Shown: positions 11,868-26,104 of the stretch, piece after piece | How positions within the stretch are numbered: position 1 is the stretch's first letter | Layout: each line of letters opens with the position of its first letter | From: Selaginella moellendorffii | Taxonomy: Eukaryota > Plantae > Lycopodiophyta | Direction: 5' to 3' | Assembly (NCBI RefSeq): GCF_000143415.4 | Contig: NW_003314325.1 | Coordinates: 776,086-840,085, forward strand | Length of the DNA stretch: 64,000 bases | Notes under the pieces: generated by a model | The model's database searches: none | What the model saw: the letters and a program-made list of their open reading frames with translations, nothing else | Told to the model about the DNA's origin: nothing | Made by a program: the position numbers and the translations under genes

Positions 11868-12074
11868 GCATCACAATTATCGATTGACTCTCAAGTAATG
11901 AATCAGACTGAAACTCGAGATGTCTTTCTGATTATGATTTGCCATAACATTGTTTCCAAAGCTAAATTGGACATTTGTTTTTGTGAGGGAGAAAATGCCA
12001 CAATCAACTTAGAGTGAGCAGTGTTACAGCATACACAGTGGATACATGGAGTTTCTTTTTACAAGATCTTTTGT

Positions 12075-12719
12075 CTAACCTCTAAGCTTCTCCAATGCTT
12101 GTCTTACGTCTTCAACTCTTGCAATTTCCTTAAGCAGATTGCTTATCTTCTTCAATTCATCATATTTATGCCCTTTCCTGTTTTTGAATGCCCGGATGAC
12201 AATTCCATTGCTGGGCTGCAAGCAAAAGGACTCTGGCTTGTCGTCCACGATCACCGTGTGTCTGAGGTCCCGCCCTAACCTTGAAAGATCTTTCACAACC
12301 TTTCTCCCTCCCACTTCCTTGGGCGAGCATGAATCTCTGTAGAGGCGATGGGTGAAGAGATTCCCAGCTGGGTCGAGCCTATCCAATATCCTGTCCGCAT
12401 AAGGCTTCACCGCTCGAGTAAAAACCACGATCTCGTATATTTGACTCATCTCATTTAGAAATGTATCCACACCCGGCCGCTTTGCGACAAGGTAGCGCTG
12501 CAATGGAAGAATCTTCCCACTGAAGAGCTTGAGGGACGCTGTGGCCTTGTGGGCATGGATTAGTGTCTCGTCCATGTCTAACACAAGCGTGGGTTTCTCC
12601 TCCAAAGTTGGCGGTAGTAGTGGAGAACTGTGTGTCACCTTTACCTTTTTGTTCTTTACTTTGGTCACCATGTCGAGCGTTGCAAAACTCCAATCGCCAT
12701 ATTCTCTCACCCTCTTCAT
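12075..12719 (-). CDS. SCP/FCP1-like NIF phosphatase, copy 3
   Basis: Intact 214-aa ORF; A4V, A38T. Confidence 0.92.
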   Translation of the reverse strand: MKRVREYGDWSFATLDMVTKVKNKKVKVTHSSPLLPPTLEEKPTLVLDMDETLIHAHKATASLKLFSGKILPLQRYLVAKRPGVDTFLNEMSQIYEIVVFTRAVKPYADRILDRLDPAGNLFTHRLYRDSCSPKEVGGRKVVKDLSRLGRDLRHTVIVDDKPESFCLQPSNGIVIRAFKNRKGHKYDELKKISNLLKEIARVEDVRQALEKLRG

Positions 12720-13951
12720 CGCTCTGATAAAAAAGAAAGAAAGAACGCAAGCCCTAATTGTAAAGGATCTTTATAAATCAAATTAAATACACATTACTAA
12801 ATATACCATAATTCTGGCCGTAGAAAATTTCATGGATTTTTTCTCTCAGGCTCGCTGGTTTTGGAGGTGGGAGCGTTGTCCCGCTTAAATGGCAATCCAC
12901 AGTTTGAGAGGAGTATGCGCAGTACTAGTGAACTGAACTTACTGGGAACGAACCTTGACATAACTGAAGATTTGTTCGATTGCATATTCTGGAACGCAGA
13001 GAGAGTTCAGTAGCTTTGGTTCTGACCTCCAGCATGGATGTAAAGCGGATTTGAGTCACTGAAGGCGGAAGTTTGCTGGCTGAGAAAGAATCCAACAGCT
13101 CCAAATTTCCTTTAGCTCCAATCTAAACTCGCCTCAAGATGTTCGTCTTTCGCTGATATCTATTCTGACTTGAGCATTGAGAACGTGTGTTTCATTGTAG
13201 ATCATTCCAACCATGGTGGTGAAACCATGGTTATCAACATTAAGGTGCTACTACTGCCACTGGAGTAAAAGTTTGTGCGAGCTTTTGTGTGAGTTCGTGC
13301 TCTTGGATGTTTATCTATGGGAGATTGCCCCCTTTGTTTGCTCAATCTATTCTCTTTTCTCTTGGCTCTCCAGAAATTATGGCTCCTACTCGAAAGCTTG
13401 TGCTTGCCTCGCTCCTCTAATGCCTGGTCATCACTGCGGCTTTTGCTGCTGCAGTTTTGTTTAGTTCTTTCTCCAAAATCTCGATAGTTCCTGTGTCCAC
13501 ACCAGCGACGACCATGGCGATCCATCAGCAAACTACAGTGCTCAATAGTATAACTCTCTGTGTGTTTTTCATGACGTTTTTTCTGTGGATCTTAGCCTTC
13601 CTTTACACGGCTAGGCCATGTTTTGTTCTTTGAAGTTAAGCTTGACTCGAGAAAATAAAGTGGTCAAGAAATGGATGATCTTGCTCGCCGGGTCTACTCT
13701 GCTGGATTTGTCACAGTCTTCGCTGGTTGTGAATTTCGAGTCGGAGGACACGTTCATTGACCCTGAAGGCAGCGCTCGCGGCAGTGGAAGCGTATACAAT
13801 TTCTAGATTTTGAGAAGCACTGTTTTCTGCTACATTCAAGTGGCTTGCAGGTTGGTGGTGGTATGAACTTGAGGAACGCGAAGTCCTATCTCGATACTGG
13901 AGCAAGTCATGTGTTGTCACCTCGGTAAGTGTTTTATATCAGTCTTGGAAT

Positions 13952-15023
13952 TTAACTCTTAACATTGTGTGTGTGTGAGATTAAGTTTTGCTCTGGCATT
14001 CTCTCGAGAGCGAGGAGTGCAATGCGATCGTCTGGATGGCAATGGTGCCAGCTTTTGCTCACAAGGGACTCCTCTTGGAAACTTGAGTTTGGTGCCGGGA
14101 AGAGGCTCATCGCTTCTTGGAGGTGGCCAATTCCAGAGATAGGCCGAGAGGAGCACTGTGCGCGCCATCTTGCTCTTGTAAGGCATTCGATCGTAAATAA
14201 ACTTTGCATTTTCAAGATGGTTTCTAGAGGTGAGCATATGGATCATTGTTGCCCAAGAGATGAGCCATCTTTAGGAAGGAATCTAGTGCCTCGTCCAAAT
14301 GCCCATTCGAGGCATATGCGCCAAGCATGGAGTTCCAGGCCACCACGTGCCTCTCAAACAAACATTTAGCCTCCTCCAAGCAGCCATGAGGTGCATAGCC
14401 GTCGATCATAGCCGTAAATGCCACCTCATTAAGATCCGGGGCATCTTCAAAGAGATTCTTTGCTTGCTCCATATGCCCGGCCTGGTGATATGGTCGTCCA
14501 TGTTACTAGGGCATTCTATCAAAGAGATCTTTAGCTTCATCCAGCCGCTGGTTCTGGCAGTGGCCTTGGATCATGGCCGTCCACGGCGCGTGAGAGATGC
14601 CCGTTATGGGTCATGGCCGTGCTAGAAACGGGGGTTTGCTCCGGCATGGAGTGGAATACCGCCTCCGCCTCGCCGAGATTGCCACTCGGCGAGTACATCT
14701 CGATCATCGCGTTCCAGGTGATGGAATTCTTTGCAGGGATGCGATCGAAGAGCTGCTTGGCGCGCTGCACGTCCCCGGCCGCGGCTTCAGGTCGTGGTTG
14801 CGAATGTAGGCCTGGAGGGTGAGATTCCAAGAGAAGAGATTGGGATCCGAGGTAGAATCGAAGACCGATCGCGCTTCCTCCAGGCAGCCGCAGCGGCCAT
14901 ACATCTGGACGAGGAGATTTCGCAGGAAGACGCTGTTGTTGTGGTCGCTGTGAAGGATCTGGGCGATGGATCCGGCGGCCATTGTCGCAAGATGTGACGA
15001 GGGCGGCAAGCTCTTATGCGCAT
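13952..15023 (-). pseudogene. PPR pseudogene, unit 3
   Basis: As unit 1. Confidence 0.88.
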
Positions 15024-16061
15024 CGCATCATGGCCGTTGGATGATGGGGACGTCCGAGGTTCAAGTCCTGGCAGGTTCTAGCTTCCCGATGTTTTTCATG
15101 GCACGCTGCGAGAACTCATCCCCCATCGCTCAGCTGCACTCCAAATGCCGGGCGCGCTCGTCAACGACAGAATTAACTTCCTGGACACAAGTGGAAGAGA
15201 GCAGGCTGGTTTTCCGGGCGATGGATCAAAAGGATATCATCTCCTAATGTCTTGCGCAGCTTACGTTTGGGTTGAGCGTCTCAGCGGCAGTGCAAGATCT
15301 ATCCTATCCGGTAAGCTCTTATTCCGTTTGCTCTCTTCTTGTTTCTTCTTTTCCAGTTGTGAGTTTTCGATTATGTTGACACGGTTGTGATGATCGGACA
15401 AGCCAGCACTTTCCAAAAGGACAGCACTATCCATACTTATGGAAACATCGTCTACATGAAATGCACATCTACTATACGATCTACATCTCGGGCGACTGTC
15501 CTAAGTCCATCTACCGGTACAAGAAAACTCATTTATATTTTGGAGAGAACTAAACGAGTGAAAAATAGGTGGCCATAGAGACTGGAACCCTCCAAATACG
15601 CTGCGTTCTAGCTGATAGTCGTCAGCTGCTCTATACCGATGGCTTTCCAGTAAGAAACGTGTTTAACCGTGTTATATGTGCTTGCTTCAATGGAGCGTCC
15701 AACACCGCTCAAACAGGAGGCTTGGACATGCGAGTGATAGTAAGCAAGATAAGCAGGGTCTGACCTGAGGTTCTGCTCCGCCTCCACCACATCCAGCAGC
15801 TGATGATATCTCCAGAGGATCTCAAGGTCTGTCAATCTTTCTCCTCGAGTTTTAACAAGTTTGTCCTTTTACTGAGATCTTGGTTATCTCTTAAGGTTTC
15901 TAAGCAATGCACGGCGTTATTGCTTTCTACAAAGACACAACGAGAGTCCTTGTTAACACTCTTGGATTTCAAAGTTATGGAGGCACACGCTCCATACGTC
16001 TGGGTGGGATGTTTTCTCAGAAATCCTGGAGGTCTCGAGTTTTCTTGACTTTTAGTTTTAG

Positions 16062-16929
16062 GGAAGGTCAGGTATGGACGTCCATGAGCAAGATGAGATT
16101 GCAGTTTCGCAATGGTTTCAAGACGCATGAGCCGCAGGTCTTAGAGATCATAACCTTTCCAAAGTTTGGCATTGGACAGCGTGCGTTTCTCATCCAGACT
16201 CAAGGTATGTATGTTTGGAGCTATGGCCGTTGTGCATTTTTTATGGTTTTTATGTTTTTGATAGAGGGAAACATACTGTGGGACTGCATCTCATTTCTAG
16301 ACGATGCCACAGTGGCGATAATCAAGTCACTAGGTGGATTGAGAGCGATTGCCACCTCTCACCCGCATTACTACAGCACAAACTCTCGATGGAGCGAGGC
16401 TTTTGGAGGCGTCCCGGTTTATACCCGGGAATGGTATTGTCTACCTTTGTTTCTCTCTTTCATTTCGATCTCTCTGTATCCATACTTTTGCAGAGTGGTT
16501 TACCAGCACGAAAAGGTGAAGTTCTACTATGGGAGGGACTCACGCTTTTAGCCTTGCACAAATCCTCCACTGGTCTCATGGAGCTCAAGGAGAGGTGTTT
16601 TATTCACTGGAGATATCTTACAGGTATAAACTTCTGTCGTTTACAAACTTTGTTTTCGTTTTGTTTTCCTCACTCCATGTTTGATTTGTAGGTGGGGATG
16701 GACAACAAAACAGTGAGCATAATGAGATCGTACCCAAAGTATATACCACTCGTCCATGTTTGATTTGTAGGTGGGGATGGACAACAAAATAGTGAGGATA
16801 GTGAGATCGTATCTAAACTATGTACCACTCTTGTCAAGCCACACTAAAAGGATAGGCCAGGTGATCGAGCCATGGGATTTTGGGAGGCTCTACGTTGCGT
16901 TTCAGGACAGAGAGGATGACGCTGCTTAA
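16062..16929 (+). pseudogene. MBL-fold hydrolase fragment, unit 4
   Basis: Copy of 971-1850. Confidence 0.82.
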
Positions 16930-17127
16930 GCATCACAATTATTGATTGACTCTCAAGTAATGAATCAGACTGAAACTCGAGATGCTTTTCTGATTATGAT
17001 TTGCCATAACATTGTTTCCAAAGTTAAATTGGACATTTGTTTTTGTGAGGGAGAAAATAACTTAGAGTGAGCAGTGTTACAGCATACACAGTGGATACAT
17101 GGAGTTTCTTTTTACAAGATCTTTTGT

Positions 17128-17772
17128 CTAACCTCTAAGCTTCTCCAATGCTTGTCTTACATCTTCAACTCTTGCAATTTCCTTAAGCAGATTGCTTATC
17201 TTCTTCAATTCATCATATTTATGCCCTTTCCTGTTTTTGAATGCCCGGATGACAATTCCATTGCTGGGCTGCAAGCAAAAGGACTCTGGCTTGTCGTCCA
17301 CGATAACCGTGTGTCTGAGGTCCCGCCCTAACCTTGAAAGATCTTTCACAACCTTTCTCCCTCCCACTTCCTTGGGCGAGCATGAATCTCTGTAGAGGCG
17401 ATGGGTGAAGAGATTCCCAGCTGGGTCGAGCCTATCCAATATCCTGTCCGCATAAGGCTTCACCGCTCGAGTAAAAACCACGATCTCGTATATTTGACTC
17501 ATCTCATTTAGAAATGTATCCACACCTGGTCGCTTTGCGACAAGGTAGCGCTGCAATGGAAGAGTCCTCCCACTGAAGAGCTTGAGGGACGCTGTGGCCT
17601 TGTGGGCATGAATTAGTGTCTCGTCCATGTCTAACACAAGCGTGGGTTTCTCCTCCAAAGCTGGCAGTAGTAGTGGAGAACTGTGTGTCACCTTTACCTT
17701 TTTGTTCTTTACTTTGGTCACCATGTCGAGCGTTGCAAAACTCCAATCGCCATATTCTCTCGCCCTCTTCAT
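17128..17772 (-). CDS. SCP/FCP1-like NIF phosphatase, copy 4
   Basis: Intact 214-aa ORF; P36L, K69R, I70T. Confidence 0.92.
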   Translation of the reverse strand: MKRAREYGDWSFATLDMVTKVKNKKVKVTHSSPLLLPALEEKPTLVLDMDETLIHAHKATASLKLFSGRTLPLQRYLVAKRPGVDTFLNEMSQIYEIVVFTRAVKPYADRILDRLDPAGNLFTHRLYRDSCSPKEVGGRKVVKDLSRLGRDLRHTVIVDDKPESFCLQPSNGIVIRAFKNRKGHKYDELKKISNLLKEIARVEDVRQALEKLRG

Positions 17773-18971
17773 CGCTCTGATAAAAAAGAAAGAAAGAACG
17801 CAAGCCCTAATTGTAAAGGATCTTTATAAATCAAATTAAATACACTTTACTAAATATACCATAATTCTGGCCGTAGAAAATTTCATGGATTTTTTCTCTC
17901 AGGCTCGCTGGTTTTGGAGGTGGGAGCGTTGTCCCGCTTAAATGGCAATCCACAGTTTGAGAGGAGTATGCGCAGTACTAGTGAACTGAACTTACTGGGA
18001 ACGAACCTTGACATAACTGAAGATTTGTTCGATTGCATATTCTGGAACGCAGAGAGAGTTCAGTAGCTTTGGTTCTGACCTCCAGCATGGATGTAAAGCG
18101 GATTTGAGTCACTGAAGGCGGAAGTTTGCCGGCTGAGAAAGAATCCAACAGCTCCAAATTTCCTTCTCAAGATGTTCGTCTTTCGCTGATATCTATTCTG
18201 ACTTGAGCATTGAGAACGTGTGTTTCATTGTAGATCATTCCAACCATGGTGGTGAAACCATGGTTATCAACGTTAAGGTGCTACTACTGCCACTGGAGTA
18301 AAAGTTTGTGCGAGCTTTTGTGTGAGTTCGTGCTCTTGGATGTTTATCTATGGGAGATTGCCCCTTTTGTTTGCTCAATCTATTCTCTTTTCTCTTGGCT
18401 CTCCAGAAATTATGGCTCCTACTCGAAAGCTTGTGCTTGCATCGCTCCTCTAATGCCTGGTCATCACTGCGGCTTTTGCTGCTGCAGTTTTGTTTAGTTC
18501 TTTCTCCAAAATCTCGATAGTTTCTGTGTCCACACCAGCGACGACCATGGCAATCCATCAGCAAACTACAGTGCTCAATAGTATAACTCTCTGTGTGTTT
18601 TCCATGGCGTTTTTTCTGTGGATCTTAGCCTTCCTTTACACGGCTAGGCCATGTTTTGTTCTTTGAAGTTAAGCTTGACTCGAGAAAATAAAGTGGTCAA
18701 GAAATGGATGATCTTGCTGGCCGGGTCTACTCTGCTGGATTTGTCACAGTCTTCGCTGGTTGTGAATTTCGAGTCGGAGGACACGTTCATTGACCGTGAA
18801 GGCAGCGCTTGCGGCAGTGGAAGCGTATACAATTTCTAGATTTTGAGAAGCACTGTTTTCTGCTACATTCAAGTGGCTTGCAGATCCGTGGTGGTATGAA
18901 CTTGAGGAACGTGAAGTCCTATCTCGATACTGGGGCGAGTCATGTGTTGTCACCTCGGTAAGTGTTTTACA

Positions 18972-20055
18972 TCAGTCTTGGAATTTAACTCTTAACATTG
19001 TGTGTGTGAGACTAAGTCTTGCTCTGGCATTCTCTCGTGAGCAAGGAGCGCGATGCAATCGTCTGGATGGCAATGGTGCCAGCTTTTGCTCACAAGGGAC
19101 TCCTCTTGGAAACTTGAGTTTGGTGCCGGGAAGAGGCTCATCGCTTCTTGGAGGTGGCCAATTCCAGAGATAGGCCGAGAGGAGCACTGTGCGCGCCATC
19201 TTGCTCTTGTAAGGCATTCGATCGTAAATAAACTTTGCATTTTCAAGATGGTTTCTAGAGGTGAGCATATGGATCATTGTTGCCCAAGAGATGAGCCATC
19301 TTTAGGAAGGAATCTAGTGCCTCGTCCAAATGCCCATTCGAGGCATATGCGCCAAGCATGGAGTTCCAGGCCACCACGTGCCTCTCAAACAAACATTTAG
19401 CCTCCTCCAAGCAGCCATGAGGTGCATAGCCGTCGATCATAGCCGTAAATGCCACCTCATTAAGATCCGGGGCATCTTCAAAGAGATTCTTTGCTTGCTC
19501 CATATGCCCGGCCTGGTGATCATGGTCGTCCATGTTACTAGGGCATTCTATCAAAGAGATCTTTAGCTTCATCCAGCCGCTGGTTCTGGCAGTGGCCTTG
19601 GATCATGGCCGTCCACGGCGCGTGAGAGATGCCCGTTATGGGCCATGGCCGTGCTAGAAACGGGGGTTTGCTCCGGCATGGAGTGGAATACCGCCTCCGC
19701 CTCGCCGAGATTGCCACTCGGCGAGTACATCTCGATCATCGCGATCCAGGTGATGGAATTCTTTGCAGGGATGCGATCGAAGAGCTGCTTGGCGCGCTGC
19801 ACGTCCCCGGCCGCGGCTTCAGGTCGTGGCTGCGAATGTAGGCCTGGAGGGTGAGATTCCAAGAGAAGAGATTGGGATCCGAGGTAGAATCGAAGACCGA
19901 TCGCGCTTCCTCCAGGCAGCCGCAGCGGCCATACATCTGGACGAGGAGATTTCGCAGGAAGACGCTGTTGTTGTGGTCGCTGTGAAGGATCTGGGCGATG
20001 GATCCGGCGGCCATTGTCGCAAGATGTGACGAGGGCGGCAAGCTCTTATGCGCAT
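18972..20055 (-). pseudogene. PPR pseudogene, unit 4
   Basis: As unit 1. Confidence 0.88.
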
Positions 20056-21093
20056 CGCATCATGGCCGTTGGATGATGGGGACGTCCGAGGTTCAAGTCC
20101 TGGCAGGTTCTAGCTTCCCGATGTTTTTCATGGCACGCTGCGAGAACTCATCCCCCATCGCTCAGCTGCACTCCAAATGCCGGGCGCGCTCGTCAACGAC
20201 AGAATTAACTTCCTGGACACAAGTGGAAGAGAGCAGGCTGGTTTTCCGGGCGATGGATCAAAAGGATATCATCTCCTAATGTCTTGCGCAGCTTACGTTT
20301 GGGTTGAGCGTCTCAGCGGCAGTGCAAGATCTATCCTATCCGGTAAGCTCTTATTCCGTTTGCTCTCTTCTTGTTTCTTCGTTTCCAGTTGTGAGTTTTC
20401 GATTATGTTGACACGGTTGTGATGATCGGACAAACCAGCACTTTCCAAAAGGACAGCACTATCCATACTTATGGAAACATCGTCTACATGAAATGCACAT
20501 CTACTATACGATCTACATCTCGGACGACTGTCCTAAGTCCATCTACCGGTACAAGAAAACTCATTTATATTTTGGAGAGAACTAAACGAGTGAAAAATAG
20601 GTGGCCATAGAGACTGGAACCCTCCAAATACGCTGCGTTCTAGCTGATAGTCGTCAGCTGCTCTATACCGATGGCTTTCCAGTAAGAAACGTGTTTAACC
20701 GTGTTATATGTGCTTGCTTCAATGGAGCGTCCAACACCGCTCAAACAGGAGGCTTGGACATGCGAGTGATAGTAAGCAAGATAAGCAGGGTCTGACCTGA
20801 GGTTCTGCTCCGCCTCCACCACATCCAGCAGCTGATGATATCTCCAGAGGATCTCAAGGTCTGTCAATCTTTCTCCTCGAGTTTTAACAAGTTTGTCCTT
20901 TTACTGAGATCTTGGTTATCTCTTAAGGTTTCTAAGCAATGCACGGCGTTATTGCTTTCTACAAAGACACCACGAGAGTCCTTGTTAACACTCTTGGATT
21001 TCAAAGTTATGGAGGCACACACTCCATACGTCTGGGTGGGATGTTTTCTCAGAAATCCTGGAGGTCTCGAGTTTTCTTGACTTTTAGTTTTAG

Positions 21094-21961
21094 GGAAGGT
21101 CAGGTATGGACGTCCATGAGCAAGATGAGATTGCAGTTTCGCAATGGTTTCAAGAAGCATGAGCCGCAGGTCTTCGAGATCATAACCTTTTTAAAGTTTG
21201 GCATTGGACAGCGTGCGTTTCTCATCCAGACTCAAGGTATGTATGTTTGGAGCTATGGCCGTTGTGCATTTTTTATGGTTTTTATGTTTTTGATAGAGGG
21301 AAACATACTGTGGGACTGCATCTCATTTCTAGACGATGCCACAGTGGCGATAATCAAGTCACTAGGTGGATTGAGAGCGATTGCCACCTCTCACCCGCAT
21401 TACTACAGCACAAACTCTCGATGGAGCGAGGCTTTTGGAGGCGTCCCGGTTTATACCCGGGAATGGTATTGTCTACCTTTGTTTCTCTCTTTCATTTCGA
21501 TCTCTCTGTATCCATACTTTTGCAGAGTGGTTTACCAGCACGAAAAGGTGAAGTTCTACTATGGGAGGGACTCACGCTTTTAGCCTTGCACAAATCCTCC
21601 ACTGGTCTCATGGAGCTCAAGGAGAGGTGTTTTATTCACTGGAGATATCTTACAGGTATAAACTTCTGTCGTTTACAAACTTTGTTTTCGTTTTGTTTTC
21701 CTCACTCCATGTTTGATTTGTAGGTGGGGATGGACAACAAAACAGTGAGCATAATGAGATCGTACCCAAAGTATATACCACTCGTCCATGTTTGATTTGT
21801 AGGTGGGGATGGACAACAAAATAGTGAGGATAGTGAGATCGTATCTAAACTATGTACCACTCTTGTCAAGCCACACTAAAAGGATAGGCCAGGTGATCGA
21901 GCCATGGGATTTTGGGAGGCTCTACGTTGCGTTTCAGGACAGAGAGGATGACGCTGCTTAA
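21094..21961 (+). pseudogene. MBL-fold hydrolase fragment, unit 5
   Basis: Copy of 971-1850. Confidence 0.82.
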
Positions 21962-22159
21962 GCATCACAATTATTGATTGACTCTCAAGTAATGAATCAG
22001 ACTGAAACTCGAGATGCTTTTCTGATTATGATTTGCCATAACATTGTTTCCAAAGTTAAATTGGACATTTGTTTTTGTGAGGGAGAAAATAACTTAGAGT
22101 GAGCAGTGTTACAGCATACACAGTGGATACATGGAGTTTCTTTTTACAAGATCTTTTGT

Positions 22160-22804
22160 CTAACCTCTAAGCTTCTCCAATGCTTGTCTTACATCTTCAA
22201 CTCTTGCAATTTCCTTAAGCAGATTGCTTATCTTCTTCAATTCATCATATTTATGCCCTTTCCTGTTTTTGAATGCCCGGATGACAATTCCATTGCTGGG
22301 CTGCAAGCAAAAGGACTCTGGCTTGTCGTCCACGATAACCGTGTGTCTGAGGTCCCGCCCTAACCTTGAAAGATCTTTCACAACCTTTCTCCCTCCCACT
22401 TCCTTGGGCGAGCATGAATCTCTGTAGAGGCGATGGGTGAAGAGATTCCCAGCTGGGTCGAGCCTATCCAATATCCTGTCCGCATAAGGCTTCACCGCTC
22501 GAGTAAAAACCACGATCTCGTATATTTGACTCATCTCATTTAGAAATGTATCCACACCTGGTCGCTTTGCGACAAGGTAGCGCTGCAATGGAAGAGTCCT
22601 CCCACTGAAGAGCTTGAGGGACGCTGTGGCCTTGTGGGCATGAATTAGTGTCTCGTCCATGTCTAACACAAGCGTGGGTTTCTCCTCCAAAGCTGGCAGT
22701 AGTAGTGGAGAACTGTGTGTCACCTTTACCTTTTTGTTCTTTACTTTGGTCACCATGTCGAGCGTTGCAAAACTCCAATCGCCATATTCTCTCGCCCTCT
22801 TCAT
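22160..22804 (-). CDS. SCP/FCP1-like NIF phosphatase, copy 5
   Basis: Intact 214-aa ORF; protein identical to copy 4. Confidence 0.92.
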   Translation of the reverse strand: MKRAREYGDWSFATLDMVTKVKNKKVKVTHSSPLLLPALEEKPTLVLDMDETLIHAHKATASLKLFSGRTLPLQRYLVAKRPGVDTFLNEMSQIYEIVVFTRAVKPYADRILDRLDPAGNLFTHRLYRDSCSPKEVGGRKVVKDLSRLGRDLRHTVIVDDKPESFCLQPSNGIVIRAFKNRKGHKYDELKKISNLLKEIARVEDVRQALEKLRG

Positions 22805-24036
22805 CGCTCTGATAAAAAAGAAAGAAAGAACGCAAGCCCTAATTGTAAAGGATCTTTATAAATCAAATTAAATACACTTTACGAAATATACCATAATTCT
22901 GGCCGTAGAAAATTTCATGGATTTTTTCTCTCAGGCTCGCTGGTTTTGGAGGTGGGAGCGTTGTCCCGCTTAAATGGCAATCCACAGTTTGAGAGGAGTA
23001 TGCGCAGTACTAGTGAACTGAACTTACTGGGAACGAACCTTGACATAACTGAGGATTTGTTCGATTGCATATTCTGGAACGCAGAGAGAGTTCAGTAGCT
23101 TTGGTTCTGACCTCCAGCATGGATGTAAAGCGGATTTGAGTCACTGAAGGCGGAAGTTTGCCGGCTGAGAAAGAATCCAACAGCTCCAAATTTCCTTTAG
23201 CTCCAATCTAAACTCGCCTCAAGATGTTTGTCTTTCGCTGATATCTATTCTGACTTGAGCATTGAGAACGTGTGTTTCATTGTAGATCATTCCAACCATG
23301 GTGGTGAAACCATGGTTATCAACGTTAAGGTGCTACTACTGCCACTGGAGTAAAAGTTTGTGCAAGCTTTTGTGTGAGTTCGTGCTCTTGGATGTTTATC
23401 TATGGGAGATTGCCCCCTTTGTTTGCTCAATCTATTCTCTTTTCTCTTGGCTCTCCAGAAATTATGGCTCCTACTCGAAAGCTTGTGCTTGCATCGCTCC
23501 TCTAATGCCTGGTCATCACTGCGGCTTTTGCTGCTGCAGTTTTGTTTAGTTCTTTCTCCAAAATCTCGATAGTTTCTGTGTCCACACCAGCGACGACCAT
23601 GGCGATCCATCAGCAAACTACAGTGCCCAATAGTATAACTCTCTGTGTGTTTTCCATGGCGTTTTTTCTGTGGATCTTAGCCTTCCTTTACACGGCTAGG
23701 CCATGTTTTGTTCTTTGAAGTTAAGCTTGACTCGAGAAAATAAAGTGGTCAAGAAATGGATGATCTTGCTGGCCGGATCTACTCTGCTGGATTTGTCACA
23801 GTCTTCGCTGGTTGTGAATTTCGAGTCGGAGGACACGTTCATTGACCGTGAAGGCAGCGCTTGCGGCAGTGGAAGCGTATACAATTTCTAGATTTTGAGA
23901 AGCACTGTTTTCTGCTACATTCAAGTGGCTTGTAGATCCGTGGTGGTATGAACTTGAGGAACGCGAAGTCCTATCTCGATACTGGAGCAAGTCATGTGTT
24001 GTCACCTCGGTAAGTGTTTTATATCAGTCTTGGAAT

Positions 24037-25087
24037 TTAACTCTTAACATTGTGTGTGTGTGAGATTAAGTTTTGCTCTGGCATTCTCTCGAGAGCGAGG
24101 AGTGCAATGCGATCGTCTGGATGGCAATGGTGCCGGATTTCGCTCACAAGGGACTCCTCTTGGAAACTCGAGTTTGGTGCCCGGAAGAGGCTCATCGCTT
24201 CTTGGAGGTGGCCAATTCCAGAGATAGGCCGAGAGGAGCACTGTGCGCGCCATCTTGCTCTTGTAAGGCATTCGATCGTAAATAAACTTTGCATTTTCAA
24301 GATGGTTTCTAGAGGTGAGCATATGGATCATTGTTGCCCAAGAGATGAGCCATCTTTAGGAAGGAATCTAGTGCCTCGTCCAAATGCCCATTCGAGGCAT
24401 ATGTGCCAAGCATGGAGTTCCAGGCCACCACGTGCCTCTCAAACAAACATTTAGCCTCCTCCAAGCAGCCATGAGGTGCATAGCCGTCGATCATAGCCGT
24501 AAATGCCACCTCATTAAGATCCGGGGCATCTTCAAAGAGATTCTTTGCTTGCTCCATATGCCCGGCCTGGTGATCATGGTCGTCCATGTTACTAGGGCAT
24601 TCTATCAAAGAGATCTTTAGCTTCATCCAGCCGCTGGTTCTGGCAGTGGCCTTGGATCATGGCCGTCCACGGCGCGTGAGAGATGCCCGTTATGGGCCAT
24701 GGCCGTGCTAGAAACGGGGGTTTGCTCCGGCATGGAGTGGAATACCGCCTCGGCGAGTACATCTCGATCATCGCGATCCAGGTGATGGAATTCTTTGCAG
24801 GGATGCGATCGAAGAGCTGCTTGGCGCGCTGCACGTCCCCGGCCGCGGCTTCAGGTCGTGGCTGCGAATGTAGGCCTGGAGGGTGAGATTCCAAGAGAAG
24901 AGATTGGGATCCGAGGTAGAATCGAAGACCGATCGCGCTTCCTCCAGGCAGCCGCAGCGGCCATACATCTGGACGAGGAGATTTCGCAGGAAGACGCTGT
25001 TGTTGTGGTCGCTGTGAAGGATCTGGGCGATGGATCCGGCGGCCATTGTCGCAAGATGTGACGAGGGCGGCAAGCTCTTATGCGCAT
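24037..25087 (-). pseudogene. PPR pseudogene, unit 5
   Basis: As unit 1, with a 22-bp deletion. Confidence 0.88.
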
Positions 25088-26104
25088 CGCATCATGGCCG
25101 TTGGATGATGGGGACGTCCGAGGTTCAAGTCCTGGCAGGTTCTAGCTTCCCGATGTTTTTCATGGCATCCCCGATCGCTCAGCTGCACTCCAAATGCCGG
25201 GCGCGCTCGTCAACGACAGAATTAACTTCCTGGACACAAGTGGAAGAGAGCAGGCTGGTTTTCCGGGCGATGGATCAAAAGGATATCATCTCCTAATGTC
25301 TTGCGCAGCTTACGTTTGGGTTGAGCGTCTCAGCGGCAGTGCAAGATCTATCCTATCCGGTAAGCTCTTATTCCGTTTGCTCTCTTCTTGTTTCTTCGTT
25401 TCCAGTTGTGAGTTTTCGATTATGTTGACACGGTTGTGATGATCGGACAAACCAGCACTTTCCAAAAGGACAGCACTATCCATACTTATGGAAACATCGT
25501 CTACATGAAATGCACATCTACTATACGATCTACATCTCGGGCGACTGTCCTAAGTCCATCTACCGGTACAAGAAAACTCATTTATATTTTGGAGAGAACT
25601 AAACGAGTGAAAAATAGGTGGCCATAGAGACTGGAACCCTCCAAATACGCTGCGTTCTAGCTGATAGTCGTCAGCTGCTCTATACCGATGGCTTTCCAGT
25701 AAGAAACGTGTTTAACCGTGTTATATGTGCTTGCTTCAATGGAGCGTCCAACACCGCTCAAACAGGAGGCTTGGACATGCGAGTGATAGTAAGCAAGATA
25801 AGCAGGGTCTGACCTGAGGTTCTGCTCCGCCTCCACCACATCCAGCAGCTGATGATATCTCCAGAGGATCTCAAGGTCTGTCAATCTTTCTCCTCGAGTT
25901 TTAACAAGTTTGTCCTTTTACTGAGATCTTGGTTATCTCTTAAGGTTTCTAAGCAATGCACGGCGTTATTGCTTTCTACAAAGACACCACGAGAATCCTT
26001 GTTAACACTCTCGGATTTCAAAGTTATGGAGGCACACGCTCCATACGTCTGGGTGGGATGTTTTCTCAGAAATCCTGGAGGTCTCGAGTTTTCTTGACTT
26101 TTAG